This document shows positions 12,821 to 26,357 of a DNA stretch of 64,000 nt, piece by piece. Origin of the DNA: Utricularia gibba (Eukaryota; Plantae; Magnoliophyta); contig CM007991.1 in NCBI GenBank assembly GCA_002189035.1, forward strand, positions 1,550,001 through 1,614,000, in the 5' to 3' direction. Under the pieces are notes generated by a model. The model was not told where the DNA came from, ran no database searches, and worked only from the letters and a program-made list of their open reading frames with translations. Positions within the stretch are counted from its first letter, which is position 1. The number at the start of each line of letters is the position of its first letter. The position numbers were made by a program, and so were the translations under genes.

Positions 12821-14061
12821 CTAGTTCCAGATACCGACTTCCATGAAGCCTTCTTCGGTAGCACACCCTCTGAACATACCAACACTGTTGAACCCACAAG
12901 CAACTTCACCGGTGCTGGACACGGCAATCATTCCGGCCTTTCCGCCGCCGTCGAGCCGGTTCTTGATTACAAATTGTACTGCTTCTTGCAAATTCAGTCC
13001 CTTGTACTCCATCACGGCCGCTACGTCACGGGCAAGAGTGCCACGAATGATGGCCTCGCCTTCTCCGGTGCAGGAGACGGCGCAGATGTCGCAGGCGTAG
13101 GTACCCGCGCCGATCAGGGGGGAGTCACCGATCCTGCCAGTCATTTTGTTCATCAGCCCACCAGTGGATGTGGCGGCTGCGCAGTTCCCCGCACTGTCAA
13201 CGACCACGCACCCCACCGTCTCCGGCGCGTACACGCTGATAGGAAGCCCGTTCATCTTCAATGGGGACTCTGAGACCGCGCACCCCGCGATGGGGATCCT
13301 GTAATCGAACTGGGGAACCAGAAATTAGTTCACGATAGACGGCGTGGATTGGGAATGGAATGCTGAAATGGTGGTGGCAGACGTACTAGAATGGCATTTG
13401 CTTCTTTCGCCAATTTCAGCATGGAAACATTGTCCTCTGTGATGAAATGCTCATTTTCAACCATTTCAACACCCTGATTAACACCAAAGAGAAGAAAAAA
13501 ACTCAACGTTGCGTGACAGAGTCTGAAAAGAAAAACAAGAATACAGTGAACGCGATTCCCGATATCGATTTTGTAGTTAGCCGCAAAGAGTACCTGTTGC
13601 TTTGCGAACTCTTCTGCGCCAGAGAAGGCGAGGTAAGAGTGTGGAGACTTCTCCAATACAAGCCGAGCAAGAGAAACAGGATTCTTCACCGTCGTGAGTC
13701 CAGAAACAGCGCCGCATCGCCGGCCGTTCCCGTCCATAATGCTCGCCTCCATCTCAACCGTTCCCTTCTCCGTCAGCGCAGATCCACGCCCCGAATTGAA
13801 AAGCGGATCGGTTTCCAATTCACGAACCTACACAACCAACACAAACAAAAAATTCAAGTATCTCAACGTCGCACATGAGATATCGAGCAGACGAATTACC
13901 ACAAGTTCGACGACGTCAATGGCGGTGGCGGAAGAGCGAAGGGCGGAAATGCCGAGGTTCAGACAACGAGTGAGGAGTTTCTTCGCCTCCTCCTGGCGTT
14001 GTGCAGGAAGATTAGGATCCACACCAGCGCCCCCGTGCACCGCTATCGCCCAGCCGCCCAT
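12821..14061 (-). CDS. ASPGB: plant-type L-asparaginase/isoaspartyl peptidase (ASPGB, K+-dependent type); exons 14061-13900, 13827-13594, 13473-13387, 13309-12821
   Basis: [23 protein letters not shown], autoprocessing site APE|[34 protein letters not shown]. All introns are phase 0 GT-AG and the frame is intact. Confidence 0.95.
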
Positions 14062-14933
14062 CCTGTCTCAACCAGACCCGCTCCTCCGTTCCTATTCTGA
14101 AGGGACACGGCGATCGCTTCCAATTTTATAGGCGCGACCGCAACCGGACCTGAAATGAATTATTTTCTCATTCAAATTAACTTTACGAACCAAATGAGTT
14201 CCGCCTTCATCTACCCGCCTCCCCACCTCCAACTTCCAAATTCTAACACATGAAACAAAATTAATTAGCAACTAAAACGGTTATTTTAAAGCATAATCCA
14301 TTCCAAACACACACTCAAGCATACATTAAGGGAATGATCCGTTGGAATAATTTAATTAGCAATATATTTAAATAAATATTAAATTAAAAATATATTTATT
14401 TAGATTAAAAAAATTGTGTTCACAAAAATTATATAAATGGTAAGTTTGAAAAGGACGCGTCGAAAAAATCTAATTATAAAATTATAACATGTGGATGTGG
14501 AGTCCACGGAATATATGTATTATATTGGCAATCCGTGGTGCCTCCGACACACCACTGTGCGGATTCCACCACTTGGACAGGCGCGGACGAAGGTACAAAA
14601 ATGTCTCTCGTGCCGCCTCCTACAAAAGGAAGACAACTTTCCCTTGCAATTGCTTGTCGTCTGGGTGCTATTCTAGTCCTAACTAGGGTGGAACCTTCCG
14701 AAACTAGTTCCTTACTGCCTTAATGGTTTGTTTAAAAAGAAAGATGTTTTGGAAGATGGGGCATGGGTGTCGGAAAGATTCGAATCCGTGGGCAGTGGAT
14801 CTGGGAATCCTCCAAAGATCCCACCGCCACATGCATCTCGCAGGAGGTGACCCTATCGAATCACATGGGGCGGGGCATTCACCAGCTTTTTCCCTTGCCT
14901 TGTTTTCTTGCATATCTGGGGCGACGCCTGATA

Positions 14934-15575
14934 GGGAATATGGGCCTTAAATGGGCCTAGAGCAACTTTTATAGTTAACTCGTGTAGCATTAGGAAACGA
15001 TAGAGGTGGGTTCGATTTCGAACAGTATGGTTTCAAAACCATGGTTCGTCGTGGGCAACAATTCCAATTTCAATTTGAAACTGTATCCTCAAATCTTGAA
15101 TCGAATAGAAATCGGAACCATACGGACGATTTTGATTCAAAACTGGAATCGAAATTTGCGAATCAAACCATAACCGAAACCAATTAATTAATGTTTATAG
15201 GTGTTTTATTGTTACTCATATGAATCTGTAGATGTTTACGAAATTTTTAATAATTATTAATTTTGTATATTTAAGTAGATATATTACAATATTAATTTTT
15301 ATATTTAATTAAATATTAATCTCTTGAAATCGAATCGAAACCAAAACCGATGATTTCGGTTCGAACCGCCCACCTCTAGAAAATGAGATCGAATAGATGG
15401 GTCCGACCCGACGAGCCATCATCAATGACCCCTGATGGGTCACTCTGATGCAGGGAATATGGGCCCAAAAAGGGCCTAGAGCAACTTCTCGAGTCAGCTC
15501 GTGTAGCATAGTGAAAGAAAGAGATCGAATAGATGGGCCCGACCCATGGCTCCTGATGGGTCACGCAGATACAGG
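14934..15575. repeat. two-copy direct duplication of a GC-rich unit of about 120-140 bp; copy 1 is interrupted by a MITE
   Basis: gggaatatgggcc..gggcctagagcaactt..ctcgtgtagcat occurs at 14934 and 15453; gagatcgaatagatggg.cc and cctgatgggtcac occur both after the MITE and in copy 2. Confidence 0.85.
15001..15378. mobile_element. non-autonomous MITE, probably hAT family
   Basis: Perfect 10-bp TIR TAGAGGTGGG...CCCACCTCTA, many subterminal (A)AACCG/AATCG-type repeats, AT-rich core, no ORF. Flanks GGAAACGA and GAAAATGA match 6/8, consistent with a decayed 8-bp TSD. Confidence 0.78.
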
Positions 15576-16279
15576 CTGCACCTTGACTCGATACGGTCTA
15601 GCGTAGGTCAACAAAAACGACGAAAATGTGCACCACCTTATTAGTGTTTTAAAAAATAATTTAATGCATTTTTCGGATTAATCTTATATTTAATTGAAAC
15701 CTTTTTATATAATAAATTGAATCTAATTCATTAATTTCTTAATTATATTTATTATAAATTAAAAAATTAAGAAATTGGAAATTCGTTAAAGTTTCGATCC
15801 GTAGCTTATTACAATTACACTAGGTGTCATGTGTCGGGCAGTTGCCACGTGCGCGGCAAGCCAAACAGAAACAGCGCTGCTTCACGAGTGCAACGGCTCC
15901 TCGTTTTTCAACCTCGAGGGCCGTGCACAACCACTAAAGCTTGCAAATGATTTTTTTTCGGGATGAGGTATTAAAATGATATTACATTATTTTATTTAAT
16001 ACATTTTGAATTATGCATTTGAAGGGTGTATTTATTAGACTCAAAAAAGAAAATAAAAAGGTAAACAAACATGATCCAACGGCTCTGCGAGGAGACAAAA
16101 TTTGCATACGATTTCATCATTGCTGTCAAACTCACCGGAGCGTTTGATATGCCACGGAGATGCAGAGATGATGGGTCGCCGTCTCGATTCAGAGTCATAC
16201 AATTAGTTCGTTTATTCTCCGGAGGTGGATACTGAAATCTCAGCGATCGGGTGAGTGAAATGATCAGAAACGAAAATTT

Positions 16280-17558
16280 TCATCCTGCGGCCTTGCTTTT
16301 CTTGCTCGGCGACCACAGGACGGGGGCTGGGTTATTTAACTGCATTTGACAGGATTCACTGCAGGAGCTGCTGGAACTGAAACAGACGCCGGCAATTCCG
16401 GTGGGGATTTCCGAGATTGCTGCGTTTTTTCTTTTGATGTAAGAGTGGGGATTCAATTTCGCTGCTGCTCCTTGTATTATGCTGCAGCATTCTTCGACTT
16501 TGTCCTGTTTAGGTTTCCGTGGGAAAAGTCAATAATCTGCTCTTCCGTTAACGAGGAAAGGCAGGTTAAGTTTTGAAAATAAAACCTTGTTGATTCCGAG
16601 GATTCCGATGAGATCGCAGCGGCAATCGGCGGCGATTCTGGGTTCAAAGCTTTTAAAAGCGAACAGCATTGTTGCAGTTGCAATTGCGGAGGGTAAACAT
16701 CTCATGAATCTGTAGTCTGTAAGACGAATGAGAGGATCTTTCAAGCTACAGCTATAAAATTTCTGGGCATGTTGAATTTGTGAATGTTGTTACCAGAGAG
16801 AGCAGAGCAGAGCAGGGATTCACATATCCTGAGAAAAAACCGAAGGAGAGAGCCCTTGAATCCAAGCTCTTTCGAAATGCAATGAATAAAAGAAAGGGGG
16901 GTAACAGAGTTCATCTTCCATTGAAGTGTGGACAGCACTAAAATCTCCATCCTTTGAATTGTTTTCGCCTCAAAGACGTATCTGGAATCAACCTGAATAA
17001 CAAAGAAAAAACAGAGGAACCAATTCATTTCAGACACCAAATGCCACATTGCAGAAACGGCTCATAAAAATTGAATCTTTAAACATACCTGGAGATCTAC
17101 GAGCAGGGGAACATGTGTTTCTTCAACTTTAGCAGCTAAAGAAAGACAAGCAACAGCAGCAAGATGTATTGTCCACGGCTCATCTTTGTGCGCTTTGAAA
17201 GTATTGAGAAATCTGTCCAAACAGTAAACACCACGAACCGCTGTCTGGGCAGAAAATGAGTAATACCCAACAACGCCAAGCATCCACTCTACCGCCTCCG
17301 CCCTGGCAGGAAAAGGGAACTCTTCAAAATCATCACCGAAACCGATTTCCATTTCCTTCTCAAGCAGAGTACTCAAATTTTCATCTTCCCAAAAGTCACA
17401 AAGGTCACCATTACCCCCTTCCCCATCCTCAGCATACCCTGCCGCTTCTTCCCATGACTCTGAATCACTTCTCCATTATCCCACAAAGGTTCCTCCTCTT
17501 CGCAGTACAGAGAGCCCACAAACAAGGATTCGTGATGGGGAAACATATTCTTGTGCAT
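16280..17558 (-). CDS. CYCD3: D3-type cyclin, 4 exons; 1-nt frameshift near 17470 (start 17558 or 17546)
   Basis: RBR-binding LYCEE motif, ARAEAVEWML, LDRF, LAAVACLSLAAKVEETHVPLLVDLQ|VDSRYVFEAKTIQRMEILVLSTLQWKMN, and LPSAIATATM. Confidence 0.9.
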
Positions 17559-20500
17559 GCCCGCTCATTCTGAGGCGCAGCAAGGAGATAAACTGTGGAA
17601 CGAGGCAGGGGTCTGAGCCATTCCTGGGAAATGAGAGCAAGAGGGCAATGCGAACCGGAAAAGAGGGATGAGAGATTTTGTGGAAGCCAGCAAGACAGCC
17701 TTGGCATTCTCTCGTGTTGTATATATGTCTGAAACGAAGCATGTGTTGGTGTGCGTAAGCGCCGAGCGGGAATTAAGAATTAAAAATTGGGAAAAAATAC
17801 AACTAATTATTCATGATGTAAATGACCAATTTGTCCTTTATATCGTAATTATATCCCTAATAAAAACCTTAATATATACATTTAAAGGTAATAAAATAAC
17901 ACACCATACCATTAACAACATTCAACACACAAATGCGATGTCCATAAAATCCAAACTAACATCATTTCTATCACCATGCCATTAGTCACATGGGTCAGTC
18001 CCATACGTTGATAATTGATTCCGTACAGAAAATAAGTTTATATAAAATTAGAATAAATAGTAAAATGATAAATAAAAATATTATAATATAATATTCTATA
18101 ATTTATAAAATTAAAATTATTTCATAAATAAAAATAAAAATGTATTGTATTATGTAAAATTATTAATTTTTACTATTAAAAATGAGAAATAAAAATAAAA
18201 TTATTTCGAACACATTCTTAACGTTACAATCCAATAAACTTAATACTTCCTTTTGGCATGTGCTTTATCATTTGAAATTGATTTTTTCACGTTTTAAAAT
18301 AATGTTTTATTGTCAAATATAATTGAATATATATTTCAAAAAAAGTATTTTTTTTAATAAATTGAAAAGCCCCATGTGTTGGCATGTCATTTACTATATA
18401 ATCAGATGGTGTGATGATTCTGTCTCTGCGCTAGTTTGGTCGCGGTAAAACTGCATAGCATTTGACCCACGCTCTCGCTTTTCCTCTTTTGCATCACGCT
18501 CTTCCTTCCTCTTCCCCCCATGCCCTCTTCCTTTCTTGGTTGAATGAATACCTTTTTTACCTCGTTAACCGTGAGTTTTACTGCACTACTTCATTACAGT
18601 AATGATCAGGGTTTGCCTCAGGAGGAGATAAAAAGGGAAATGGGTGTTGTTGGGGAGGAGGGGTTAAGAAGCTAGGCAGGATGTGTGAAAAACTTGAATC
18701 TTGCAAGTGGAAAATATGTAAAGGACACACGAAAATCTGACTGCTAACAGCTTGTCTACAGGAAACTAGCAGATTGGATTTGTGTAAACTTGGAAAACTC
18801 CGTGTTGTGGTGCTCTGATATGACTATACCAAGAGTGCTTGGAAAACTTGATCATGTCGTTACGAAGCAAGTTCATGGCATTCTCCCAGTGCACAGAAAA
18901 AGAGGACATGAATAATTAGAAGAAGAAGACGAGGAAAAGAACAAAAGGGGAAGAAGGCAATGACCCCCCTTGGAGAATTCAGACCTTTTCTCATGGAGAA
19001 AATTAGGTCAAAGGTTTTTCAGACAAGGGAAGGTTTTTTCCCAACTTCCCTGCGTCTTTGTCTACGACTCTTGCCACTCCATAGCTTTTCTTCCTTTCTT
19101 GATATCCCAGATCTCGATGGGGCTCTGACTCTGGACTTCCTCCTCACCCCAACCAACAAACTTAAAATAAACCCAAAAATCTACACTAATTATTCATTTC
19201 GTTTCATGGGTTGTTGAAGAATTGAAACCACTCCCCAAACTCGCCCCGAAAAATCCAACATGGACCGTAACCATCTTTTACTTCTAAACACTAAAGTAAA
19301 AGTTTTATATTGATATTGACATTTTTTATATTAATAAAACAAATATAAATAATTGTGTCCAATAGGATGATGCCTTCATTACAAGATTAGTGTAATATTT
19401 GTTTGAGTGCAGGGTAGAAAAAGGACACAAAAAAGCCCCTGCGTCCCCCTCGGGGTCTTAAAAAAGAAAAAGGAGACGCAAATATTTTTGTTTTGTCTTG
19501 CTTCTAGGCTTGTTTTATAGGATGGGGGTTGGTTGGGACTTTAGGCATCGGACGTACGTACAATCATTATTTTTTATGAAATAATATGGAAAATATTTTA
19601 ATATTTGAAAATAAAGGAGCATTTAATCTAGTACATTTAATTAAATATAATTAATTGTGACATAATAAATTGTTTTTTTTAAAAAAGGAAGTTTTGCTGG
19701 ATCGGGCATACACACCGCACGTTGAAATTGATTTAATGGTGGCCGTCGATTTCGATCCCCCAGGATCTCAATGATGCATAAGAAACACCATCTGTGTATT
19801 GAGCTGTTGGATTTCCTTACCATATGCGTTGGGCCTGAAGCCCAATTACGTCGCTGTCCGGAGCCCAGTTTCCAATCCGTGTAATTTTAGGACTACGTCC
19901 ATTGTAAGTAAATCCATTGCTAATAATCTGCTCCATCCCGATACTATTACTGTAACTGTGATCTCATCCGTCGAAGGTTTTATTTTATTGTTCCGGTTAA
20001 GACTGGCTCGAAGTGTTAAAGAAGGAAACTTCACATGTGGGAGATGCATCTGTGGTTATTTTGTTTATTTGGAGTGAAAACGGCGTTGGCTTCGAATCCG
20101 ACACTGCTGTGCATCTGTCATACTGTTTGATGTGGTAAAAGTTAAACTGTAACATGCATAACAGTTTTACTTAAGCACCCAGCCCATATTCTTGCGGTTC
20201 ACGGCGGTGAATTCTGAAAGAGTAGGTGGGGGGGAGGGAGGTGAAAGAAGTTGTGTATAAGATGGGGTCTTGCCAACTCAGTGTTCGATGGATGCTCTCT
20301 TTAGAGGTGAGCGTGAAGGACCACCCATTAGTTGTCCTGGTGGGGCTGGGACAGAGCCTCTTCATGTCTGCAATTATTTTGATTCTTGTCCATTTTTTTT
20401 TTCCTCTATCAAACTCTGCAACTTGTTTCTCCTCCTTTTACCGCATCTCTCAGGGGTTTCACTGTCACCATTTCGAATGCCGACGCCCCAAAATCCCCTT

Positions 20501-21094
20501 CTCCCAAATGCTCGATCTTGTTCTTCCTTATGGTCCAATGGGAAGAAGAAAGAACCCACTTTGAGAAGTGGGAGATGAGTGGACTTAGATGTGAAGTTAG
20601 GTTTAGGCGCAAGTTGTGAAGACTGCGGTGGTAGAGTGGTTGTCCCTTTGTGATTCCTGAAATTTCTTTTTTTTTTTTTATTTCTGGAGAAATTGATTCC
20701 TGCAATTGAATTCTTCCGGGGCTAACGAAATTGTTAGGTCCACAAAACAATGTCACTTTTTCGCACATTGAATGTGTCGGGATTTGGCCCAGAAAGTTAA
20801 AAAAGAAATCAGACCAGTGCTTTTCGACATCTTGATCTCTTGATTAGAAGCACAATTAGCGTAATGGCTGCTGAATAAACCCAGGAAATTGATGAAATGA
20901 TTGGAGAATGTGTTGCAATCAACAGGGGGATATGTCGGTGTCAACAGGTTTACATACACATTTTTTTTTTCCTCTGACAAACTAGTAAGGCTGTTCACAG
21001 ATGCATATTCTTTTCCTTTCCAGTTTACCTGCTATCAACAGTCTTCCAATCTGGAGTTTTCTTTCTACTGGAATCAATAGTTCTGTTCAACAAA

Positions 21095-22678
21095 ATGGAA
21101 GGACGCCTTCCAACAATCAACTGTTTGCTGCAGCATTCTCTCAGAAGTCTCTGTGCATGCTCTGATTCTTCTTCTTCTTCACCTTCCAAGTGGGTGTACG
21201 CTGTATTTTGGAGAATACTTCCAAGAAACTATCCACCTCCAAAGTAACCAACCGCATTATCCTTGAAAATGAGCTTCTTGTTCTGTTAAACTCTGTCTCT
21301 TCTCGTTGCAGGTGGGATTATGGTGGAAGCTTGCTTGACAGAACCAAGGGGAACAAGAGGAACTGGTGTGCTCACCTTGAACATGTCCTGTTAAACCATT
21401 CTGGGAAAAAGGACTTGACATTTTGGCTGTGCTTTGGGTTCAGGATTCTTGTTTGGGAAGATGGGTATTGTGATTTTGTTGCTTGTGAAAATGCTGCAAA
21501 TGGCTACAGCAAGGGGATAAGGTTCGGAGCTGATATATTCTTCAAGATGTCTCACGAGGTTTACAATTTTGGAGAAGGGTAAAACTGAAAGAAATGCTCT
21601 GTTTCACTCACACTCTCTACTGTGACTTCTTTCTCTTTGTCTAATGCTAATTTTGTTGGGTAGAATGGTGGGTAAAGTTGCGTCAGATTACAGCCATAAA
21701 TGGGTGTACAGTGATAGCCAAGATCACAATGAATCCAGCTTCATTTCCTCATGGAATGCCTCAACTGATCATGTGAGCAAACATTTGATCTGATAAAAAC
21801 AGAAAGCCTTTTGTTTTGGTTCATCTCTTTACACACTTTTGTTCAATTAACAGCAACCAAAAGCTTGGGAAGCTCAGTTCAGCTCTGGTATTGAGGTGAC
21901 AATCTGAATTCCCGTTTCCTTTTCATTGAGATAACATCAAATCCTGCTCTTATCATTCCCAATGGTCCTGCAGACTATAGCAATTATTTCAGTGAGAGAA
22001 GGAGCCATCCAACTTGGCTCCTTTGATAAGGTATACTTGATCAATATCTAGCGTCGAAATCGGATCGAAAACCAATACAGTGAAAGCCCCTCCACTCAAC
22101 TTCTTGTTTGATCTAATCAGGTTCTTGAAGATCTCACACTGGTCCTAAGCATCCAGAGAAAGTTCAGCTACCTGCACAGCATACCAGGCGTGTATACAGT
22201 CCAGAGACCTTATGTTCCTGCACAAAACCCCAGCTTTTTGGCTGATTACCCCAACTCCTTGATGAAAAATGAGGCTGTGGATGTTAAGCCTCAGATCACA
22301 AGATTCAAAAGGCAAAGATGTGACCAAAATGAGAGTGATTCAGCCTCCCAATCTGTTTATTCAGGAAACAGCAGCCCAAAAAACAGACTTCTTGGAACTC
22401 TGCCTTTGTACTCTATTCCACCCCTTTTGCCATCAATGCCTTACAACGTTGGAGCATTCCTGTGGAAGATCAACTCAAATCCAGCAGCAGCTGACCATGA
22501 AGAGACCTCGAATGATAAGCGAAATGGGAGTCTAAAAAGCGGTGGAATGAATCAGAATTTGGCAGTTGAGGAGATCTGGGGAAGTGATTCCCATCTGGAA
22601 ACATCCCACGGCGGCCTTGAAGAACAAGAGAGGCCACAAACAACCATGAACCAGAAACTCAAATCTGAGGATGATTAG
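21095..22678 (+). CDS. RICE SALT SENSITIVE 3-like protein (bHLH-MYC N-terminal domain, no bHLH), 7 exons
   Basis: Spliced product MEGRLPTINCLLQHSLRSLC..KWVYAVFWRILPRNYPPPKWDYGG..KGNKRNWILVWEDG..FFKMSHEVYNFGEGMVGKVA..WEAQFSSGIETIAIISVREGAIQLGS. All junctions are GT-AG and in frame. Confidence 0.88.
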
Positions 22679-24356
22679 GCAGTGCTTGTACAAAAACTTA
22701 GATTGGGTGATCAGGAAATAATGCTACTTCCGATTCCAAGTAAGTTGCTCATATGTTTTGTCTGTCTTTCAGTGGATTCGATTGCTGTCGTCATCGCATT
22801 CCAATGTTCGATCCTAGTACAAAAACAACTGAAATATAAACCAGAACCCAAATGAACTCCACCCTCATTCAACCCGTGACAGGGGGACCGCCCCCATTTG
22901 TTTTATCTTCAGTCGATGCCACAAGAGACAACTCCCTCCCTCATCCTATCGATATGCCAAGATCAAACTCGGTTAACCCACAACCTCACAAACCGGCGCG
23001 GGGCATTCTCGATATCTTCAACAGCGGCCGCCATTGCCCCACACAAAAAAAGAAAAAAATAATAAGAAGAAATTGAATTAAATTCGATAAAACCATAATT
23101 AAATTAAAATTAAATTGTTTTATAGTATGAATTATATTCACAATATTTTTTTGGTCATTTTAAATATGGAATCCACTCAGATTTCCAAAGTACATATAAT
23201 ATGTGTTTTTTATTTAATCATGTGATCTTTTGTATTTACCAATTTATTTTCCAATTGAATTTTTTTCTATTATTCGAACTGTAAAAATTCTAATTTTCTA
23301 TAAAATATATTGTCTCAACCCATTTCTATTTTGCATAATATTGTCCGTTTCTGATATTCAATTATTATAATTTTACCTTTTTTCATTTCAAAAAAAAAAT
23401 TCATGTAATATTAAAAGTATATTTCTATTTAAACTTATTTACTAGCCCATAACAAATGTTAGATACCGTAACTAAGTATTTGGCCTTACATATATTGACA
23501 CCAATATTCAAAATTTGTATGTAAATTTCCACTAAATTTCAATTTATTTAAAAAATTAGAATAATATTTTTGAGACAGAGAACTTTGTAATGGAATAATG
23601 TAATGTTGGGAGGTTTTAATGTGAGCTGCAAGGGCATTACATTTGGAAAGTGGGCCACAAAAGATTCGTGTGTCAGATGGGCCTGGCCCATGTATGAAAT
23701 TTATCGACGGCCGCTCCTCATTTACCCCTTGCCATAAATTCGTCCCTACCGGTGCTCTGTTTTTAATATCATTTTACCGCTGGGCTGCGATCTTGTCCCA
23801 ATTCAATGCGCTGTTGACTCTCTTTGTTACATCTGATGTCACTCGGGTGGGAACATTGATGATCGCTATTCGGTACAGCTACCCATCGGATTATTTTCTT
23901 TAATGGCGGATGAATGTGTCTCCGGGATACAGAAAATTATTTGTATCGGAGTATGCGAATTGGAGGAAAGAAAAGGAAAATACTTCTGGGTGTGTGAAAA
24001 TCTGCCATTGTTGGACCAGTTTGCGCTGTGAACTAGTAATGATGGACAGGTTCAACGGCGCCGTTCCCTCCTTTTCTATCATCGTGACAAAAGACTGCAC
24101 CTTTGTTAATTCCCCACCTCTGTTCTTGCTTCCTTTCTTCACGTGATTTCTGAGTCTAGCGTTCAGTGTTGGTTCCGATTCTCAACCCTTTTTTCGCATA
24201 CTCTTGTCGTCGTCTGGGGAAATACCCTTTTCTTCTCTGTTTTCTTTTTTTTTTTTTTTGTTGATGATAATGTAGTTACTTCATTTACTCCGATTTAGTT
24301 CTGTGAGGGAAATTGAATGTATGTGGGGAGGGGGGAAGAAGATGAAGGAGATTAGG

Positions 24357-26357
24357 ATGGTGCGTTTTCTGTTTCTTGCTTTGTGGGTGTTTCGGTATGG
24401 GTTCTGGGTTTCTTCCTCGTCACCATCCGACGCAGCGGCGTTGCTGGATTTCAAATCTGCGGCGGACTTGCGGGGGAATTTGGGTTTTTCCGACAACACT
24501 AGCTTCGCCTTTTGTAAGTGGGTTGGGGTTCAGTGTTACGGTACGTCGGCGGTTAAGTTGGTGATTGAGGATTTGAATCTCGGCGGGGTTTTTGCTAGTG
24601 ACACCCTCACGCGCCTCCACGAACTCCGGGTTCTCAGTCTCCGGAACAACTCTCTCACAGGCCCCATTCCTGACCTCTCCGGCTTGGCGAATTTGAAGGT
24701 TCTGTTTCTTAGTAGTAACTACTTTTCAGGGTATATTCCTTCTTCTCTTTCATCCATTCATCGTCTCAAGACCCTTGATCTTTCGTACAATATGCTTTCT
24801 GGTTCGATTCCAGAATCTCTAGCAAGTCTGGGCAGATTGCGCTATCTCCGTCTCGATTTCAATCGGTTGAACGGTTCTATTCCGGCGTTAAACCAGTCGG
24901 GTTTAGTGATCTTCAATGTTTCACATAATGAACTCGCCGGTGAAATTCCGGTGACTGCCGCTTTATCTCACTTCGATTCCTCTTCGTTTGCTCTGAATTC
25001 GGGGCTCTGTGGAGATGTAATTCGCAGGCCCTGCAATTCGACTCGCCCCCCTTCTAATACGAGCGCATCGTCGCCCCACCTCTCGGTCAAGCTGCGCAGT
25101 TAACCGCCGGCATTGGATTGAAAAACAACGGCTTTCGGAAGCGCAGGATTGCTTTCGTTGTCGGTCTCTCTCTCGGTGTGATTAGTTTACTCATTTGCAT
25201 TGCGGTCTTTATCTTGGCAGTGAGAAAGAAAAAGGGCTCTAACTCCCACCGATTAGCAATGAAACCGGAGATGGAGACCAGCGCCATCGGAAACGCCGAG
25301 GCTTTAGTGAGAATCGCCGCGGAAAGCCAAGAGCTGGAGGAGAAAGTAAAGAAAGTTCAAGAAGGGAAGCAACAGCGGATACAAATGATGCGGAAAAGTG
25401 GGAACTTGATTTTCTGCGCTGGTGAAGCGCCGGTTTATTCTCTGGATCAGCTAATGAGAGCCTCCGCCGAGCTCCTCGGCCGGGGTACAATCGGGACGAC
25501 GTACAAGGCAGTGCTCGACAACCGTTTGATTGTAACGGTTAAGAGATTAGACAGCGGAAGGCTTTCCTCCGCCGCGCCCGAAACTTTTGAAGCACATATG
25601 GATCACGTCGGCCGGTTACGACACCCGAATCTAGTTCCCCTCAGAGCTTATTTTCAGGCCGGAGAAGAAAAGCTTCTGATTTACGATTATCAGCCGAATG
25701 GGAGCCTTCATTCTCTGATTCATGGTACTGCATCTCCTTCTTCAAACCTGTGAAATCAAATCGGATTTCTGACATTCGCATCATAGGTACAAAATCAGCG
25801 AAGGCAAAGCCACTTCACTGGACATCATGCTTGAAAATAGCAGAAGACGCAGCTCAGGGACTCTGTTACATCCACCAGGCTTGGAGACTGGTACACGGCA
25901 ATTTGAAGTCTTCAAACGTTCTCCTCGGAGCAGATTTCGAAGCTTGCCTCACCGATTACTGCCTGGCAGCGCTGGCAACTCCCCTGGCGGAGGAGGATGC
26001 GAATGCCCTTGCCTATAAAGCACCGGAAACTCTGAAACCAAGATACTCGGAACCGAACTCCAAGTCTGATGTTTATTCATTTGGGTGTTGATCATCGAGC
26101 TGCTTACCGGGAAGCCACCTGCACAGCATCCGAATCTGTTTCCCGGAGACATGATTAGATGGATTAGATCCCTGCGCGGCGACGGCGATTGCGGTGACCG
26201 ACGGCTGGAGATGCTACTGGAGGTGGCGGTGGAGTGCAGAATGGGATTGCCGGAGCAAAGGCCGACGATGTGGCAGGTGTTGAAGATGATTCAGCAAGTG
26301 AAGGATCTGGAGCTCGTGGAGGAGGAAGGCGGCGGTATCAACCCCGGCGTGTCTTGA
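24357..26357 (+). CDS. LRR-III receptor-like pseudokinase (At5g67200-like); intron about 25725-25788; 1-nt frameshifts at 25074-25077 and 26083-26085
   Basis: Signal peptide, WVGVQC cap, LRRs ([18 protein letters not shown]), transmembrane helix, and kinase with [15 protein letters not shown] replaces HRD and DYC replaces DFG, i.e. a catalytically atypical kinase. Confidence 0.92.

Noticed and set aside
18520-18665. Possible miRNA-like foldback between a CT-rich and a GA-rich tract
   Set aside because: Pairing relies on low complexity and G-U pairs, with no continuous 21-nt duplex and no known miRNA.
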